Part shown: in pieces, positions 36,726-51,022 of the stretch
Layout: every line of letters starts with the position of its first letter
Numbering within the stretch: the stretch's first letter is position 1
From: Octopus sinensis
Taxonomy: Eukaryota
Direction of reading: 5' to 3'
Assembly: GCF_006345805.1 (NCBI RefSeq)
Contig: NC_043021.1
Span: forward strand, 21,948,001 to 22,012,000
DNA length: 64,000 nucleotides
The notes under the pieces: generated by a model
The model's input: only the letters and a program-made list of their open reading frames with translations
Database searches by the model: none
What the model was told of the DNA's origin: nothing
Program-made: the position numbers and the translations under genes

Positions 36726-37239
36726 CTCTCTCTCTCTCTATATATATATATATTGGTGTATGTGTATATATATAAATGTTGTGATATTGAAATATTTGAT
36801 TAATAATTTATTTATCTATATGTTTTTGTGCATGCATGTGTGGTTGTGTGTGTGTATATATATATATACACACGCATATATGTATAATACATGTGTATAT
36901 ACATACATGTGTTTATGCAGTTATATATATGTTTGTGTATGAAGGCATGTATATATCTATATAATAGCATGCGCACACACACACGCACACACATACACAT
37001 ATATATGGATCATTATATGGGCATTGTGTTGTGTTCTTGAGCAAAGCACTTCATTTCATGTTGCTCTGCGATCATTTCAACATGTGACATGTGGTACATG
37101 GTGCACCTGTACAGGTAATGTTGATTTGACAACAGAGAGAGTGAGCTTATGTCTACACAAACATTTCATCACTGTAAAGAAATCATCTGTCTGGTTGTTC
37201 GGTAAGAAATTGTTAAACCCTTATACATTATCTAACGAT

Positions 37240-37310
37240 GGGAGAGTCCATCTAACGATGGGAGTGTCCATCTGACGATGGGAGAGTCTAACGATGGGAG
37301 AGTCCATATC
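37240..37310. repeat. ~20-bp tandem repeat x4
   Basis: tctaacgatgggagagtcca units with no spacers. Confidence 0.9.
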
Positions 37311-37432
37311 ATGATCATGATCATTTTCCGGTACAAGTTTCACCACTTTGGATGAGTGTGCACCCAACTCCTGCCAGCATGGAGAGCAAACGTTAAACGA
37401 TAATGATGATGATGATATATATATATAAATAT

Positions 37433-37735
37433 GTGGAGACGCAATGGCCCAGTGGTTAGGGCAGCAGACTCGTGGTTGCAGGATCATGGTTTCGATTCCC
37501 AGACCGGATGTTGTGATTGTTTATTGAGCGAAAACACCTAAAGCCCCACAAGGATCCGGCAGGGGTTGGTGGCGATCCCTGCTGTACTCTTTCGCCACAA
37601 CTTTCTCTCATTTTTTCTTCTGTTGGCCTGCTCACTTAGCCAGCGGGGTGGCGTCATTTGAAGGCTAAAACAATGTGAAGCGCATTGTGACCAGCAATGT
37701 TTAGCAACATCTCCTAGCCTGAGCGGCCACGGTGT
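37433..37735 (+). mobile_element. SINE family D
   Basis: gtggagacgcaatggcccagtggttagggcagcagactc...ggtttcgattcccagacc. Confidence 0.8.
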
Positions 37736-38290
37736 TCATGGTGATATATATGAATATATATATATGTATCCACACTCAGATGAAATTTTTCAGTGTCTGT
37801 CTACCAAATCTACTCACAAGGCTTTTGGTTGTCCTAGAGCTCTACTAGATGACTGACCCTCATCCAAGTTGCCACACAGTAGGATCGAACTTCCAAACCC
37901 GTAGTCATGAACTGGGCTTGATAAGCACTGATAGAATAAGTACCAGACTTCATAAAACAAGTACGTTGTTCAACTGAATTTGTTCAACTGAATTTGTTCA
38001 ACTAAACCCCTTCGAAGCTGTGCCCCAGCATGGCCGCAATCCAGAGACTGAAACAAGTAATAGGTCAAAGGATGTTCATTCTTTTCATGGACCCCAAAAG
38101 AATAAAAAAAATTAATTTGACCTGGGTACGATTTGAAATCACAGTGCAGTGATTTAGATCAAATAACAAAAGACACTCTAGCCATCGTTAATTACTCTGC
38201 TGATTTGTCATTTTAATTTAATATCTGGTTATAAATTAATACTTGGATTATTTCACCTTAATTGTGGTAAAGACATTTGTAATTATTAAA

Positions 38291-38376
38291 ATTTCCTCTG
38301 TTCTTTCTTTTGTAGGTGAGTGTGTTTGGTTTATATTGAAAATAACTGGCAATCGGAATCGGTCAGTACAGTGAGT
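38291..38376 (+). other. Candidate recursive splice site / 55-nt RS-type exon
   Basis: atttcctctgttctttcttttgtAG|GTGAGT at 38314-38321; a second GTGAGT at 38371-38376. Confidence 0.35.
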
Positions 38377-38869
38377 CATTTTATATTTCATTTGCTTTCG
38401 GAATCATCTTTCTCTTTATAGTCACTGCCATCTCTTCATCACTGCCACTATTAGCCATGATGCTTTTCTCATTACATCTCCATTAATCAACTGTTAATTA
38501 ACAACCTATCTTAATTATCATGACCATCAATGTTTTTCCCATCCACTTTATGATGCCGGCTTAGGTTAGTCAGATGAAAATTCTTTAATGCGGATTTTTC
38601 AAACATCGGATGCTCTTCCTGTTGCCCATCCTTACCTTTTTTTCCAAGCTAATATAAAAGAATATTTTTCCTTCTTCATTAGCAAATGAATAACTCAAAA
38701 GATGGGCATATTCTTCTTGTGTGCTTCTGTTTGTGGAATATTATTAAGGAATAAGAACATTTGTAGTCAAGGTGTAAATTTTAGGTCAAGGAGAAGACAC
38801 ACACATACACACACTTGTGAGGGTGGGGTGATGGATAGTTTCTGGCTTTAAGGGTATTGCAATGGGCCT

Positions 38870-39020
38870 AGTTGGAGGCCCAACGTTCTGAGTTCTTTTA
38901 CAGAGTTTAGAAAAACTGAAGGACCACTGCAATGAGTGTGTGAATCTGAGAGGTAATATGTGGAATAAAATCATGATTTCCTTTTACCCCAAGCCAGGAA
39001 CTTTTTAGGGCCCTCTTGTG
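38870..39020 (+). mobile_element. Mariner-like 3' relic
   Basis: EKLKDHCNECVNLRG.YVE*-like C-terminus followed by ccaggaactttttagggccctc. Confidence 0.3.
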
Positions 39021-39456
39021 CATCATCATCATCATTGTTATCATTGCCATTATTTTCATTGTCATACAGTGTTCATGTTCCATGGTGGCATAGGTTAGAC
39101 AAGATTTTCAGGATCCAGTGGATCTAGAGCCTGTATCATACTCCAGTGTTTTCTCTGGCAGAGTTTCAATGGCTCGACGCCCTTCCTAATGCCAACCACT
39201 TCACAGCAGGTACTGGGTGATTTTCTTTCTTCCAGCAGCACTGGTGAAGTCACCCACTATAGTTCTTTACATATTGAGAGATAGTCTAAACAGCAGAGGA
39301 TGTCTTAATTAGGTCCTTGGATTCTTTTTCCTGCAGCTTCTATTAGAACATGAAGATGGACGAAATGCTGCTAAGCATTTTGCTTGGTTTGCTAACAATT
39401 CTGCCAGCTGACCACCTTATATAACTGGTAGTATTAAGAATTGAACTGTAACCGAC

Positions 39457-39980
39457 ATCATCATCATCATCATTTAACGTCCGTTTTCCGTGCTAGCATG
39501 GGTTGGACGGTTCGACCAGGGTCTGGGAAGCCAGGGGCTGCACCAAGCTCCAGTCTGATCTTGCAGTGTTTCTACAGCTGGATGCCCTTCCTAACGCCAA
39601 ACACTCCGTGGGTGTAGTGGGTGCTTTTTATGTGCCACCGGCACAGGGGCCAGAGGAGGCTGGGCAAATGACCACAATCGGTTGGTGCCTTTTACGTGTC
39701 ACTGACACGGATGCCGGTCAGGTGGCACTGGCATCAGCCACGTTCGGATGGTGCTTTTTATGTGCCACTGGCACAGGGGCCAGAGGAGGCTGGGCAAACG
39801 ACCACAATCGGTTGGTGCCTTTTACGTGTCACTGACATGGATGCCGGTCAGGTGGGACTGGCATCAGCCACGTTCGGATGGGGCTTTTTATGTGCCACCG
39901 GCACAGGTATCATAACTACAATTTCCATTTGGTTTTCATTTTGATGTTGGTGTTGACGTACTTGGACTCAATAGGTCAAC
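39457..39980 (-). mobile_element. RTE 3'-tail element with internal ~120-bp duplication
   Basis: ggcacaggggccagaggaggctgggcaa...gccacgttcggatgg occurs twice. Confidence 0.8.
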
Positions 39981-40183
39981 ATATCAAATGGTAGGGTGCT
40001 GAAAGCACCACAGTATGGGAAGATGACCTTGGGCAAGAGAGCACAGAGATGAACCTTGCCCTCTCTGCCCCTCCCCCCACGTACCAACATACACACATGT
40101 AGTTAGATGGATGGACTTTTGTTGAGACAGGGGCTCTGTAGCCAGATACCTTTCTTGCCACCCAGCATGGTAATATTTCCCAT

Positions 40184-40605
40184 GGCGCAGGAGTGGCTGT
40201 GTGGTAAGTAGCCTGTCTACCAACCACATGGTTCCGGGTTCAGTCCCACTGCGTGGCACCTTGGGCAAGTGTCTTCTACTATAGCCTCGGGCTGACCAAA
40301 GCCTTGTGAGTGGATTTGGTAGACGGAAACTGAAAGAAGCCCGTCGTATATATGTATATATATATATGTATGCGTGTGTGTATGTTTGTGTGTCTGTGTT
40401 TGTCCCCATAGCATTGCTTGACAACCGATGCTGGTGTGTTTATGTCCCCGTCACTTAGCGGTTCGGGAAAAGAGACCGATAGAATAAGTACTGGGCTTAC
40501 AAAAGAATAAGTTCCGGGGTCGAGTTGCTCGATTAAAGGCAGTGCTCCAGCATGGCCACAGTCAAATGACTGAAACAAGTAAAAAAAGAGTAAAAAAAAG
40601 AGAGT
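40184..40605 (+). mobile_element. Full-length SINE family A
   Basis: ggcgcaggagtggctgtgtggtaag head through the A-rich tail. Confidence 0.85.
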
Positions 40606-40615
40606 ATACGTTTCT

Positions 40616-40965
40616 CATGGAAGACTGGAAATATGCAATGAGTGTAACATCACGAAAGAGCTGTTCTTCACTCCTGCTCCAGAGCGTGGGCTGCAGGGTC
40701 ACTCCGAAAAGCTCTATCTACGACGATTTCATCTCAATCGAAGGAGAGGGGCTTTCTCCGTCCGGGTTGCGGATCCGTGGAATAAGCTGCCGGACGAGAT
40801 GGTGAAGATGCCGACGACTGCTCGGTTCAAAGCCTCTCTTGACCAGAATTGGCCTAAACTCTTTGTATGACCACACTCCCTGTACATAACTCCCTGTTCC
40901 CCTACATGGCCTTGCTTTTTGCTTTTTTAGCCAATAAAAATTGAATTGAATTGAATTGAATTGAA
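40616..40965 (+). mobile_element. CR1-clade LINE 3' fragment with (ATTGA)n tail
   Basis: Frame from 40616: HGRLEIC...GLQGHSEKLYLRRFHLNRRRGAFSVRVADPWNKLPDEMVKMPTTARFKASLDQNWPKLFV* (stop 40868-40870). Confidence 0.8.
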
Positions 40966-41687
40966 CTCATATGACGGTGTGCTCATGAGCAAGGCAGACA
41001 AGGGTGCACACGAAGACATATTTATAAATAAAGAATATAAGGATCCAATCTCATGCATCCATGTATGTGTGTGTGTGTGTGAGATGGGTTTCTTTTAGGT
41101 TCTGTCTACCAGATTACCTCACAAGGCTTTAGCTGACCCAGGGCTGCTGTAAATAATATTCCCCAGGTGGGACAGAAACCAAGTCCATTTGGTTCAGAGG
41201 CAAGCTTTTCAACCATACAGTCATGCCCCTGCTATACATATGTGTGTGTGTGCACGTGTGTGTGTGTGTGTGTGTACGTGTGTGTAAATGATATATCCCC
41301 ATATCATCATCATCATCGTTTAATGTTTGCTTTCCATGCTAGCATTGGTTGGACGATTTGACTGAGGTCTTGTGAACCAGATGGCTGCACAAGACTCTAA
41401 TCTGATCTGGCAGAGTTTCTACAGGTGGATGCCCTTCCTAACGCCAATCCCCATATATATAATTATATATATATATATACATATATATACATATATGTAT
41501 GTGAATTTATATATATTTTTACACACACACATATATATATATATATATATGTATGCATATGTATATAAATATATATTCATATATATACATACATAGGTGT
41601 GTATGTGTATATATGAATATATGTATGTACATACATAGATATGTATATATAAAAATGTGTCTACATGTCTATACATGTATATAGGTG

Positions 41688-41718
<31 letters not shown>

Positions 41719-41726
41719 ATCTATCT

Positions 41727-41793
<67 letters not shown>

Positions 41794-42457
41794 CACACAC
41801 ACACTTATATATAACTACCTACATTGATATGTTTTATATATACCAACCCATAAACAGTAAACAAACAAACAAACTATAACCAAAACAAAAAAAAAAACAA
41901 AATCATAGAAACACAAAGAAATATATATATAAAAAAGAAGAGAAATACACACAGCAAAACATACGAATATAAAAAAACGAGAACAAACAAATAAGAAATA
42001 CAAAGCAAAAAAAAAAAAAACGGAAAGAAATAAAATAAAATAAAATAGAAAAAAAAAAATGCTGAGATGTTGATCTGAGATTTCTAGAGAATAAGAAAAT
42101 AGCATCTGCTCGACCTAACGGACTGATGCAATCATTTCTGCGGTAATACTAGTTGTCTTGGCAACGGAAATATCCTTTTGTCGTGATTGATAATTATATA
42201 TTAGAAGTTATCTCTGCCAACAGAAGCAATATTTGTGGGGGTTAAAACGGTGAAAAGAAAAGAAGAAAAAGAAAAAGAAGAAAAAAGAACCCCCCCCCCC
42301 CACCAACAAAAAAAAAACAAAGAAAAAAGAAGAAAAAAAAAACAAAGTAAAGGAAAGGAAAAGCAAAAGGGTAAAGGAAAAAGGAGAGGAATGAGAAGAA
42401 GAGGAAGAGAAGCGAGGAGGAAATAATAAATAAATAAATATATGTGTATATATATAT

Positions 42458-42499
<42 letters not shown>

Positions 42500-42885
42500 T
42501 AAATAAATATATAGATAAATAAATAAAGGCTGATTTGAAAAGATTGGTTTATTACATTTATGATATACATACATACATAATATATATATATATATATATG
42601 TATGTATATGCATATATATATATGTATGTATGTATATGCATATATATATATATATATGTATGTATGTATATGCATATATATATATGTATGTATGTATGTA
42701 TATATCTGCGTGTGTGTGTGTGTGTGTATACACAATACGTGCATGTATTTACATATATCCACATATATAATTTCTTATAAACACACGTATGCATATATAC
42801 ATGTATTTGTAAAAAAGAAATAGAATCAAAAGGAAGAGGGAATATGTATATATGCATGTCTCTCTCTTTCTCTCCCTTTCTCCCT

Positions 42886-42964
<79 letters not shown>

Positions 42965-42967
<3 letters not shown>

Positions 42968-43330
42968 GGATGTTGTATTCCTAGCAAGGCAACTGCAGGA
43001 GAAATACTTGACTAAGAGTAAGCTACCATTCACGATATTTCATTAACTTAAAGAAGGCCCTTAACAAGCTACTGTCGATCTAGTTCTCTCTGCAGAATTT
43101 ACAGAGAGGAAACTCCAGGTATGGAAGCTAACCCTAGATTCAAGTAGCCTGGCGATGACTTTAGAAAATACTAAGTTTTAGTATGTAGGAAAAACTATAT
43201 GACCCCACTATTGTGAAAGAAATGGCCTTGCTTGATGTGCAGGAAAGGTGTGGGTATAAACTCCATACACTCTGTCCAATGTAATTGGTCCATAGATGCA
43301 CTAACACAAAAAGAAGGCTTTGTTTGTGAG
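42965..43330 (+). pseudogene. Heavily decayed RT piece of the same RTE family as 24620-29007
   Basis: aggcaactgcaggagaaatacttg (compare 27116-27140), caggtatggaag, and tggccttgcttgatgtgcaggaaaggtgtgggtataaactccatacac (PHD region). Confidence 0.55.
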
Positions 43331-43967
43331 AGATACCCTGGAGAAATATGTATTGTTACTGTTACAATGTCTTCTACATATATTTCTTGCTCTATTGAAT
43401 ATATGCTTAGACCGAACCTTTCAGTACAAACCACAGAACCTGAACTATCTGTGACCTGAAATACCATATAGTTTTAACCCCATGTCCTTGCGTTTATATA
43501 CTCTTATCTCCAACCGGTTTCAACTCTCCAGGTTTGAATCTCTTCTAAATTCACCCTGAAAAGTAGTGTCTCTCTTTACATCGACTCCTCTCTTCCTTTT
43601 GCATCTGTTAACTGAATATCATAAATAATACCCTGTATCAAAGCCTTTTTCCTTCATTCTCTCAAACGCGTCTGTACACTCTGGCCTGTAGCTCTCCCCT
43701 AAGTTCATAAATCACCAGAATCTCTTCAACTACATATCCTCCTGCATTGCAGATATGCATGGCTCAGTGGTTAGGGTGTTGGCCTCATGATCATAAGATT
43801 GTGGTTTCGATTCCTGGTCCAGGTGATTCATTGTGATCCTGAGCAAACCACTCTTTTTCACATTGCTCCCAGTTACGCTCAGTTGGCAAAAATGAGTATT
43901 TCTACAATGGACAGGTGTTTCATACAGGGATGGAGTAGGTGAATATATATATATATATATTTCTTTA

Positions 43968-44195
43968 CTGCCCACAAGGAGCTAAACATAGAGGGGGACA
44001 AACAAGGACAGACGAAGGGATTGAGTCGATTACATCGACCCCAGTGCGTAACTGATAATTTATCGACCCCCCCCCCCCGAAAGGATGAAAGGCAAAGTCG
44101 ACCTCGGCGGAATTTGAACTCAGAATGTAACGACTGATGAAATACCGCTAAGCATTTCGCCCGGAGCGCTAATGTGTCTGCCAGCTCGCCGCCTT
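43968..44195 (-). mobile_element. SINE family C
   Basis: Reverse complement of 34277-34512. Confidence 0.8.
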
Positions 44196-44439
44196 CGGGG
44201 AATATGTATATATTCCACAGAAACATCCTTCAATGTGTCCCCCCCCCAAAAAAAAAAGGGGAAAATCTTTGTGTTCTTGCCAACTATAGCCCTCTAACAC
44301 TCACTTGTAAGATCTCTCAGATAATGGAGGTAAACATTAATACAGACATCCTGCAACAACTTATTCTTTCCTCAATGACCATCAGTACACTTTCCAGAAT
44401 CCCAAATCCATTGATGACTTACTCTCCTCTCTGATTCCT

Positions 44440-45135
44440 ACCCCACCACCAGAGGGCTTTTTGTGTTGGAGAATCATTGGATGTCTTAACAGGAGCTGGC
44501 AAGGCCCGGAACTAAACTGAGTTCCATAATTTGTTTTGGTATGGTTTCTATAGCTGGAGGCCCTTCCTAACACCCACCATTTCACAGAGTGTACTGGGTG
44601 GTTTTTTTTATGTGACACCACCCCCAGTGCTTTTTATGCGGGACTAGCATCAGTGCTTTATATGTGACTCCCCCCAAAAAAACCAGTACTTTTTAAGTGG
44701 CACCAGCAGCAGTACTTTTTATATGGAACCAGTACCTGTGCTTTTTACATGGTACCATCTCCACTGCTTTTTACACGGGGCCAGCACCAGTGCTTTTTAT
44801 GTGACACTACACCCAGTACTTTTTATATGGGACTAGCATCAGTGCTTTTTATGTAACCCCCAAACCAGTCCTTTTTACATAGCACCAGCACCAGTACTTT
44901 TTATGTGGAACCAGTGCTTTTTACATGGAGCCAGCACCAGTGCTTTTTATGTGGTACCACGCCCAGTGCTTTTTATGCGGGACTAGCATCAGTGCTTTTT
45001 ATGTAACCCACAAACCAGTCATTGTTACATGGCACCGGCAGCAGTACTTTTTACATGGAACCAGTGCTTTTTACATGGTACCATCTCCAGTACGTTTTAC
45101 ATGGGGCCAACACCAGTGCTTTTTATGTGGCACCA
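44440..45135 (-). repeat. Old RTE-tail copy whose internal motif has expanded into a minisatellite
   Basis: ggcccttcctaacacccacc...gagtgtactggg followed by many cagt(g/a)ctttttat(g/a)tgg..accag units. Confidence 0.75.
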
Positions 45136-45564
45136 GCAGCAAAGTTTTCGGTATTGCCTCACAGGAAGGTCCCTGACTAGAACCACCTGCCAGTGAGTTC
45201 CACTCATTTCTTACTGCTATAGGGTTGCATCATTGCCAAATGTGTTAGTGGAGGTCTGTCTGTCCCTCATTCTCTCAACTTCAGTATGCCTATGACTGCA
45301 GGTTTATTCCCTCCCACCCACTCTCTTCCTTCTCTACATCAATGCAGCCGCATCTATTGGAACCCATTCTTATGCAGATCACAATGCAACACTTTGTTCT
45401 TTCCGAACATTTTCCCCCGACTGACTGGCATAAAGTCGATCACAGACATGCTCTGACCTCTGACCTACAACTTTGCTGCTTTCTCTCACTGCTGTTTCTA
45501 CTACTACTATGATGGCACTTGCTCCTCCTCAGAGCTAGCTGCTCCCACACCACCTATATATGCA

Positions 45565-45604
<40 letters not shown>

Positions 45605-45804
45605 CACATGCATACACACATATATATACATTAATGTAGAGGTACATATGAGTGTGTATGTGTCCTTCTGTGTATTTATATGTGTGTGAGTGTGTGTGAG
45701 TGAGACAATGTGTATGTATGTTTATCTATCTATCTGTCTATCTATCTATCTATCTATCTATCTATGTGTGTATATATATATATATATCGTGTATATATAT
45801 ATGT

Positions 45805-45837
<33 letters not shown>

Positions 45838-45872
45838 CACACACATAGATAGATAGACTTATATATATAGGC

Positions 45873-45907
<35 letters not shown>

Positions 45908-46602
45908 AACATGCACACATGTAAATATATAGACATATATATATGCACACATGTATTGCATACACAGACACACATGCACGCATGCATACAGACACAGACA
46001 CACACACACACACACTATTCCCTCTCTCTTTCTCATATCCACGTCCATAGCACAAAAGAGCACAATTCTTGGAGGACATCTACAGATTCTATTGAACACC
46101 CCCCCCCCTGTTCTTTGCATCTAAACAAAATCCGTTTGTTCCTCTACCATTATTTTGTATATCTCTTAGAATTCACTTCGTTAAAATTCCCCGCCGCCAC
46201 CACCACCATCACCACCACTTTATTTTAAAAACCATTCTTATTTCAAAGTTTGTGTTGAACTCTTACCACTGGTCCTTTAGTTTTAGATTTCAATTGTCTG
46301 GAGTTCTTTCTTGCTTCCAATGCCAAACTCTGTTTGAAGCATTCATTAAAATAAGATTTTTTGTTTTATTTCTCCAGAAATGTATTTTGACATTTTTCTT
46401 CTTCCCCGATGTTTTTCTCTTGTGTGTATATATATGTGTGTGTGTGTGTGTGTATGTGTGTTTGTATGTATATGTGTGTGTGTCTAATTACTTGTCTGTC
46501 TTTCTGTCTATCTAATAAACTAGTCTCCTTTCCAGCCATCCCTCTATCTATCTACTTGTCTGTCTGTCTATCTCTCTTCTTATCTATCTATCTATCTATC
46601 TA

Positions 46603-46641
<39 letters not shown>

Positions 46642-46648
46642 TTACCTA

Positions 46649-46691
<43 letters not shown>

Positions 46692-47039
46692 GTATATACA
46701 TACATATGCTAACGTGGAAGATGGACGTTAAACGATGATGATGATTATGATATATTTATATATATATATATGATGGATTCTCTTGTTCTGAACCACAAAT
46801 GCAGGTTCAGTAGAACAAAGCAGAATTCATGTTCTATGGATATGAAAGTGTCTCTTGAGGCCTTTAGGCAATCTCCAGCAATCCTTTAGGCAAAAGGGAC
46901 AAGTTGCACACAAGTTTGCTTGTGTCCTTGTGGGTCCTTTCCTCTGTCTTTTCTTGAGTGGGCAGCAAGGCCTGCTTTGCTTCGTGCCACAAAACCACAA
47001 TGACAGGTAAGGTTTCCATTTAGAGGGGCAGCGTTATGC

Positions 47040-47392
47040 CAGTGTCCCTTCATGCTTGCACAAAGTTGGTCCTGATGTCGGAGTCATCATTGCCCAAAAC
47101 TTTGTCATTTAGCGTTCCTTTTCCCATGCTGATAAGGGCTGTGAAAGGTAGAAGAGTCCAGTTTGCTGGACGTTGTTGTAGAGCTGAAAACGAGGTAATT
47201 TCTACTCTTCTCCTCTGGAAGCCATCTACTCACGATATCAGAAGGCGCACACTCTCCTACCCTGATGTAATCTCCAGGGATACAGGCATCCAGTGACAAG
47301 ACCTCCGTAATGCTATGATGACCGTGAAGTCTGGCGTAACATAGTAAATTCCATTGTCTCGACCACGGTCAAACATTGATGATGATAATGGG
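47040..47392 (+). mobile_element. 3' fragment of an RTE-like LINE (same family as 733-985)
   Basis: AVKGRRVQFAGRCCRAENEVISTLLLWKP...; (TGA)n tail. Confidence 0.7.
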
Positions 47393-47621
47393 CTGGATGA
47401 CTTGATAGGACCCAAAAAACCACAGGGCTTGGCCAAGCTCCAGTATCAGCTTTGGTACAGATCCTATGGTTGAATGCCCTTCTTAATACCAACAATCTAA
47501 CGGTGTGTATTGAGTTCTTTTTTACTCTCCACCAGTTTGAGTAATGTTGCCAAGCCATTTGCAAGGCAGAAGAAAGAACAATGAAGAAGAAGAAAGCTCA
47601 TCACCTTAATATAATAATAAT

Positions 47622-47651
<30 letters not shown>

Positions 47652-47652
<1 letters not shown>

Positions 47653-48205
47653 TGATGCCCTGATGTAGTACCAGGTAGTGGCTCTCATGGCTGCTGATCT
47701 TAATTAATTGGAAGTGTTATCATGTACATTGTTTTGTCTTGGTATAAAAGATGGGCTACAGCAAATATTCTGCTCAATACCACAGATTTGCTTCTCAGAT
47801 GTTTGACCATAACCAGTTGACCATGTCCCTTAGTGGCTGACGATATGTGCATCTCTGATCACGAGCAGAAGTAGTGGGGGAACATCATAGCCGCTGCGTG
47901 TGAGAAAGGAATTCTTGGAGGTTTGGATAATTCACCTTTAGAAATATGGGTGTTTCGTTCAACATCCTTAAACAACCCTTATTCATGGACCTTTTGAGCG
48001 GGATGGGTTACTCGACCTGAAGAAAATTCTAACTGGGCTCCACCTGCAAGGTCATGTGCTGTTTATCTTGATATGAGATCACCATGTCGAGCACATGTGG
48101 TTGTGATGCATGTGCCTAGTGTACCCTTATCAGATGGGTATATTGGGTTTCATATATTTTACCCCAGTGTCACTTTGATAGCATGCACTGCTCTCTTACT
48201 CAATC
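47652..48205 (-). mobile_element. Repeat family E (inverse copy of 13095-13652)
   Basis: Flanked by (AAT)n on both sides. Confidence 0.8.
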
Positions 48206-48236
<31 letters not shown>

Positions 48237-48939
48237 TAATAATAATAATAATAGTAATAATATAAATTCAGATTACGATGAACGTAAACAAACAAATGAA
48301 GTTTGCTTTAGAAGCGTTGAGATGTTAAAGAAGGGATTTTAAATTGAGAATAGTTATAATAATAATAATATAATAATAATAATAATAATAATGATAAAAT
48401 ATGGTCTTATTTTATATATTGCTCAGGTGCATTACAACTCATTGGAATAAGTAATGAAAGCTGCATGAGAAGCACGTAGAATATACACAAGGAGTGAATA
48501 GTGAAAAAGTCTTTAAAAACAGAAACCCACCCCCAAGGAAACCAGGGCTTAGTACCAGTAATATACTGGTTGTCAGTTTAATCTCCAGCTTGCTATGTGT
48601 CCTCTCTGTAAATTGGTGGCTTTGTGTCATGTTAAGAAATCCATAATCTACATGAAGCATCATTCAAAAATGGAAAATTCCTTGCTTTTACTTCATTAAC
48701 CATGAAGCCAATGATGGATGCATGTGCATGCATGCATGTGTGTGTGTGTGTATATATATATATATCAATAATGATTTATACTCCACACACACATACACAC
48801 ACACACACACACACACTTACACTAACATAGTATATCTGTTTCTATATGCATATTAGTGGATATAAATGTACACTCCTCATGTTAGTATATATTTGTGCAT
48901 ATATGCATATATACATATATTTATATACATATATATATT

Positions 48940-48985
<46 letters not shown>

Positions 48986-49015
48986 GTATATTTATATATA
49001 TATTTATATATACAT

Positions 49016-49046
<31 letters not shown>

Positions 49047-49415
49047 CACACATATAGTGCATATATATATGTATGTATGTATATATCTATATACACACAT
49101 GCACTTATAAACACACATATTCATAATATGTATACATATGCGTGTACGCGTGATATATATTTGTATACATTGTGCGTACACCATATACGTGTATGTAAAT
49201 ATGTGTTTGTGAGGCAGTTAAGTGTGTAGATTCATATTGTTATACATAATAGAGCAGAAGGTGAATACTGGGTCAGAAAACAAGTAAAACGCTAACAACA
49301 ACAACAACAACAGCAACAACACAAGTCTCTTACACCCACTTACACCTTCGTAATGGTTGGCAGGCCAGAGATGGGGAAACTAAACATAATGGTGTGCACA
49401 CACACACATATATAT

Positions 49416-49447
<32 letters not shown>

Positions 49448-49463
49448 CATACATATATATAAC

Positions 49464-49495
<32 letters not shown>

Positions 49496-49529
49496 TATAT
49501 ATACATATATATACATTATATATATATAC

Positions 49530-49570
<41 letters not shown>

Positions 49571-49672
49571 TATACTCACATATATATATATATATATATA
49601 TATATACTCACATATATATATATAATATATATATATACCACATATATATATATATATAATATATAATATACT

Positions 49673-49715
<43 letters not shown>

Positions 49716-49749
49716 TACTCACATATATATATATATATATATACATACT

Positions 49750-49794
<45 letters not shown>

Positions 49795-49805
49795 ATACAC
49801 AATAT

Positions 49806-49836
<31 letters not shown>

Positions 49837-50353
49837 TATGTTGTGTGTGCACATCTATGCATATGTACCATGTATAAGCATTGATTTGTTGAAAACAAAA
49901 TGGAAGTCGATGCCCCCTTTCCTAATCTGACGTCTGTGTAATAATGGCAGAAGGCTGTCTCTGGAACTAAAAAGATGACCTCCGCCGACCTTTCTGGCTG
50001 ATTCTACTTTTGTCCGATGTCAGTTGTAGACGCGCTAGATATGGTGTCAACACATTTGATGAGAATAAATTGCAAATGGAGTTTTAAGGAAGTTTGAAAA
50101 GAATTACAAGGATGTGACACGTGTATGTGTTTCTCTCTCTGTGTACATATGTAGATATATATGTGTCGTGTGTGTATCTGAGCTTTTATATGTGCACATT
50201 TATATAGGTATATATGTAGGTATGTATATAGGTAAATATGTGTGTGTACTTATATATACATGCAGATGTGCATTTATGTGTGTGCATATATATATATATG
50301 CATAATATATATATATATATGCATGCACAGTTATGTAGGTATATATATGCGGT

Positions 50354-50388
<35 letters not shown>

Positions 50389-50504
50389 TTGTGTGCGTGT
50401 GTATGAATAGGGTGTATGCATATATATATATGTATATATATATATGAACATTTATTTGTATGTGAATGCAAATAGATGTGTATATGTATATCCATTTGTA
50501 CATA

Positions 50505-50538
<34 letters not shown>

Positions 50539-50577
50539 GATATATATATCTTTGTAAAGACATATATAATGTATAAT

Positions 50578-50624
<47 letters not shown>

Positions 50625-50829
50625 GTACATGTAGATATGTATGTGTATAAATATATGGATATTTATATATTACATATGTATATATAAATCCATATAAATA
50701 TGTGTGTGTTTGTGTACACTTATTATATGTATACATGTATGTGTTCATTTAGGTATACATCTATATCCATATGTATATTATATAAAACAGAATCCAGTGA
50801 GACAGGTGGTGATCTACTTTGGTTTGCCT

Positions 50830-50985
50830 TCAGGAGTGGCTTTGGGTAGCTTGCTTACCAACCACATGGTCCTGTGTTCAGTCCTACTGCATGGCACCTT
50901 GGGCAAGTGTCTTCGACTATAGCCTCAGGCCGACCAAAGCCTTATGAGTGGATTTGGCAAACAGAAACTGAAAGAAAGTCCGTCG

Positions 50986-51022
<37 letters not shown>

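Noticed and set aside
37240-37310. CRISPR-like short repeats
   Set aside because: Contiguous 20-bp units with no spacers, eukaryotic context and no cas genes.
42117-42180. ggaCTGATGCA...GGAAATATCC hammerhead-like spacing
   Set aside because: The intervening sequence does not form a stem II closing on the core.
46830-47035. Possible LINE C-terminal zinc-finger relic on the minus strand
   Set aside because: Too degraded to support beyond a vague resemblance.
49880-50110. Short CpG-containing unique block
   Set aside because: No ORF, repeat or motif evidence; it can only be assessed by cross-species alignment.
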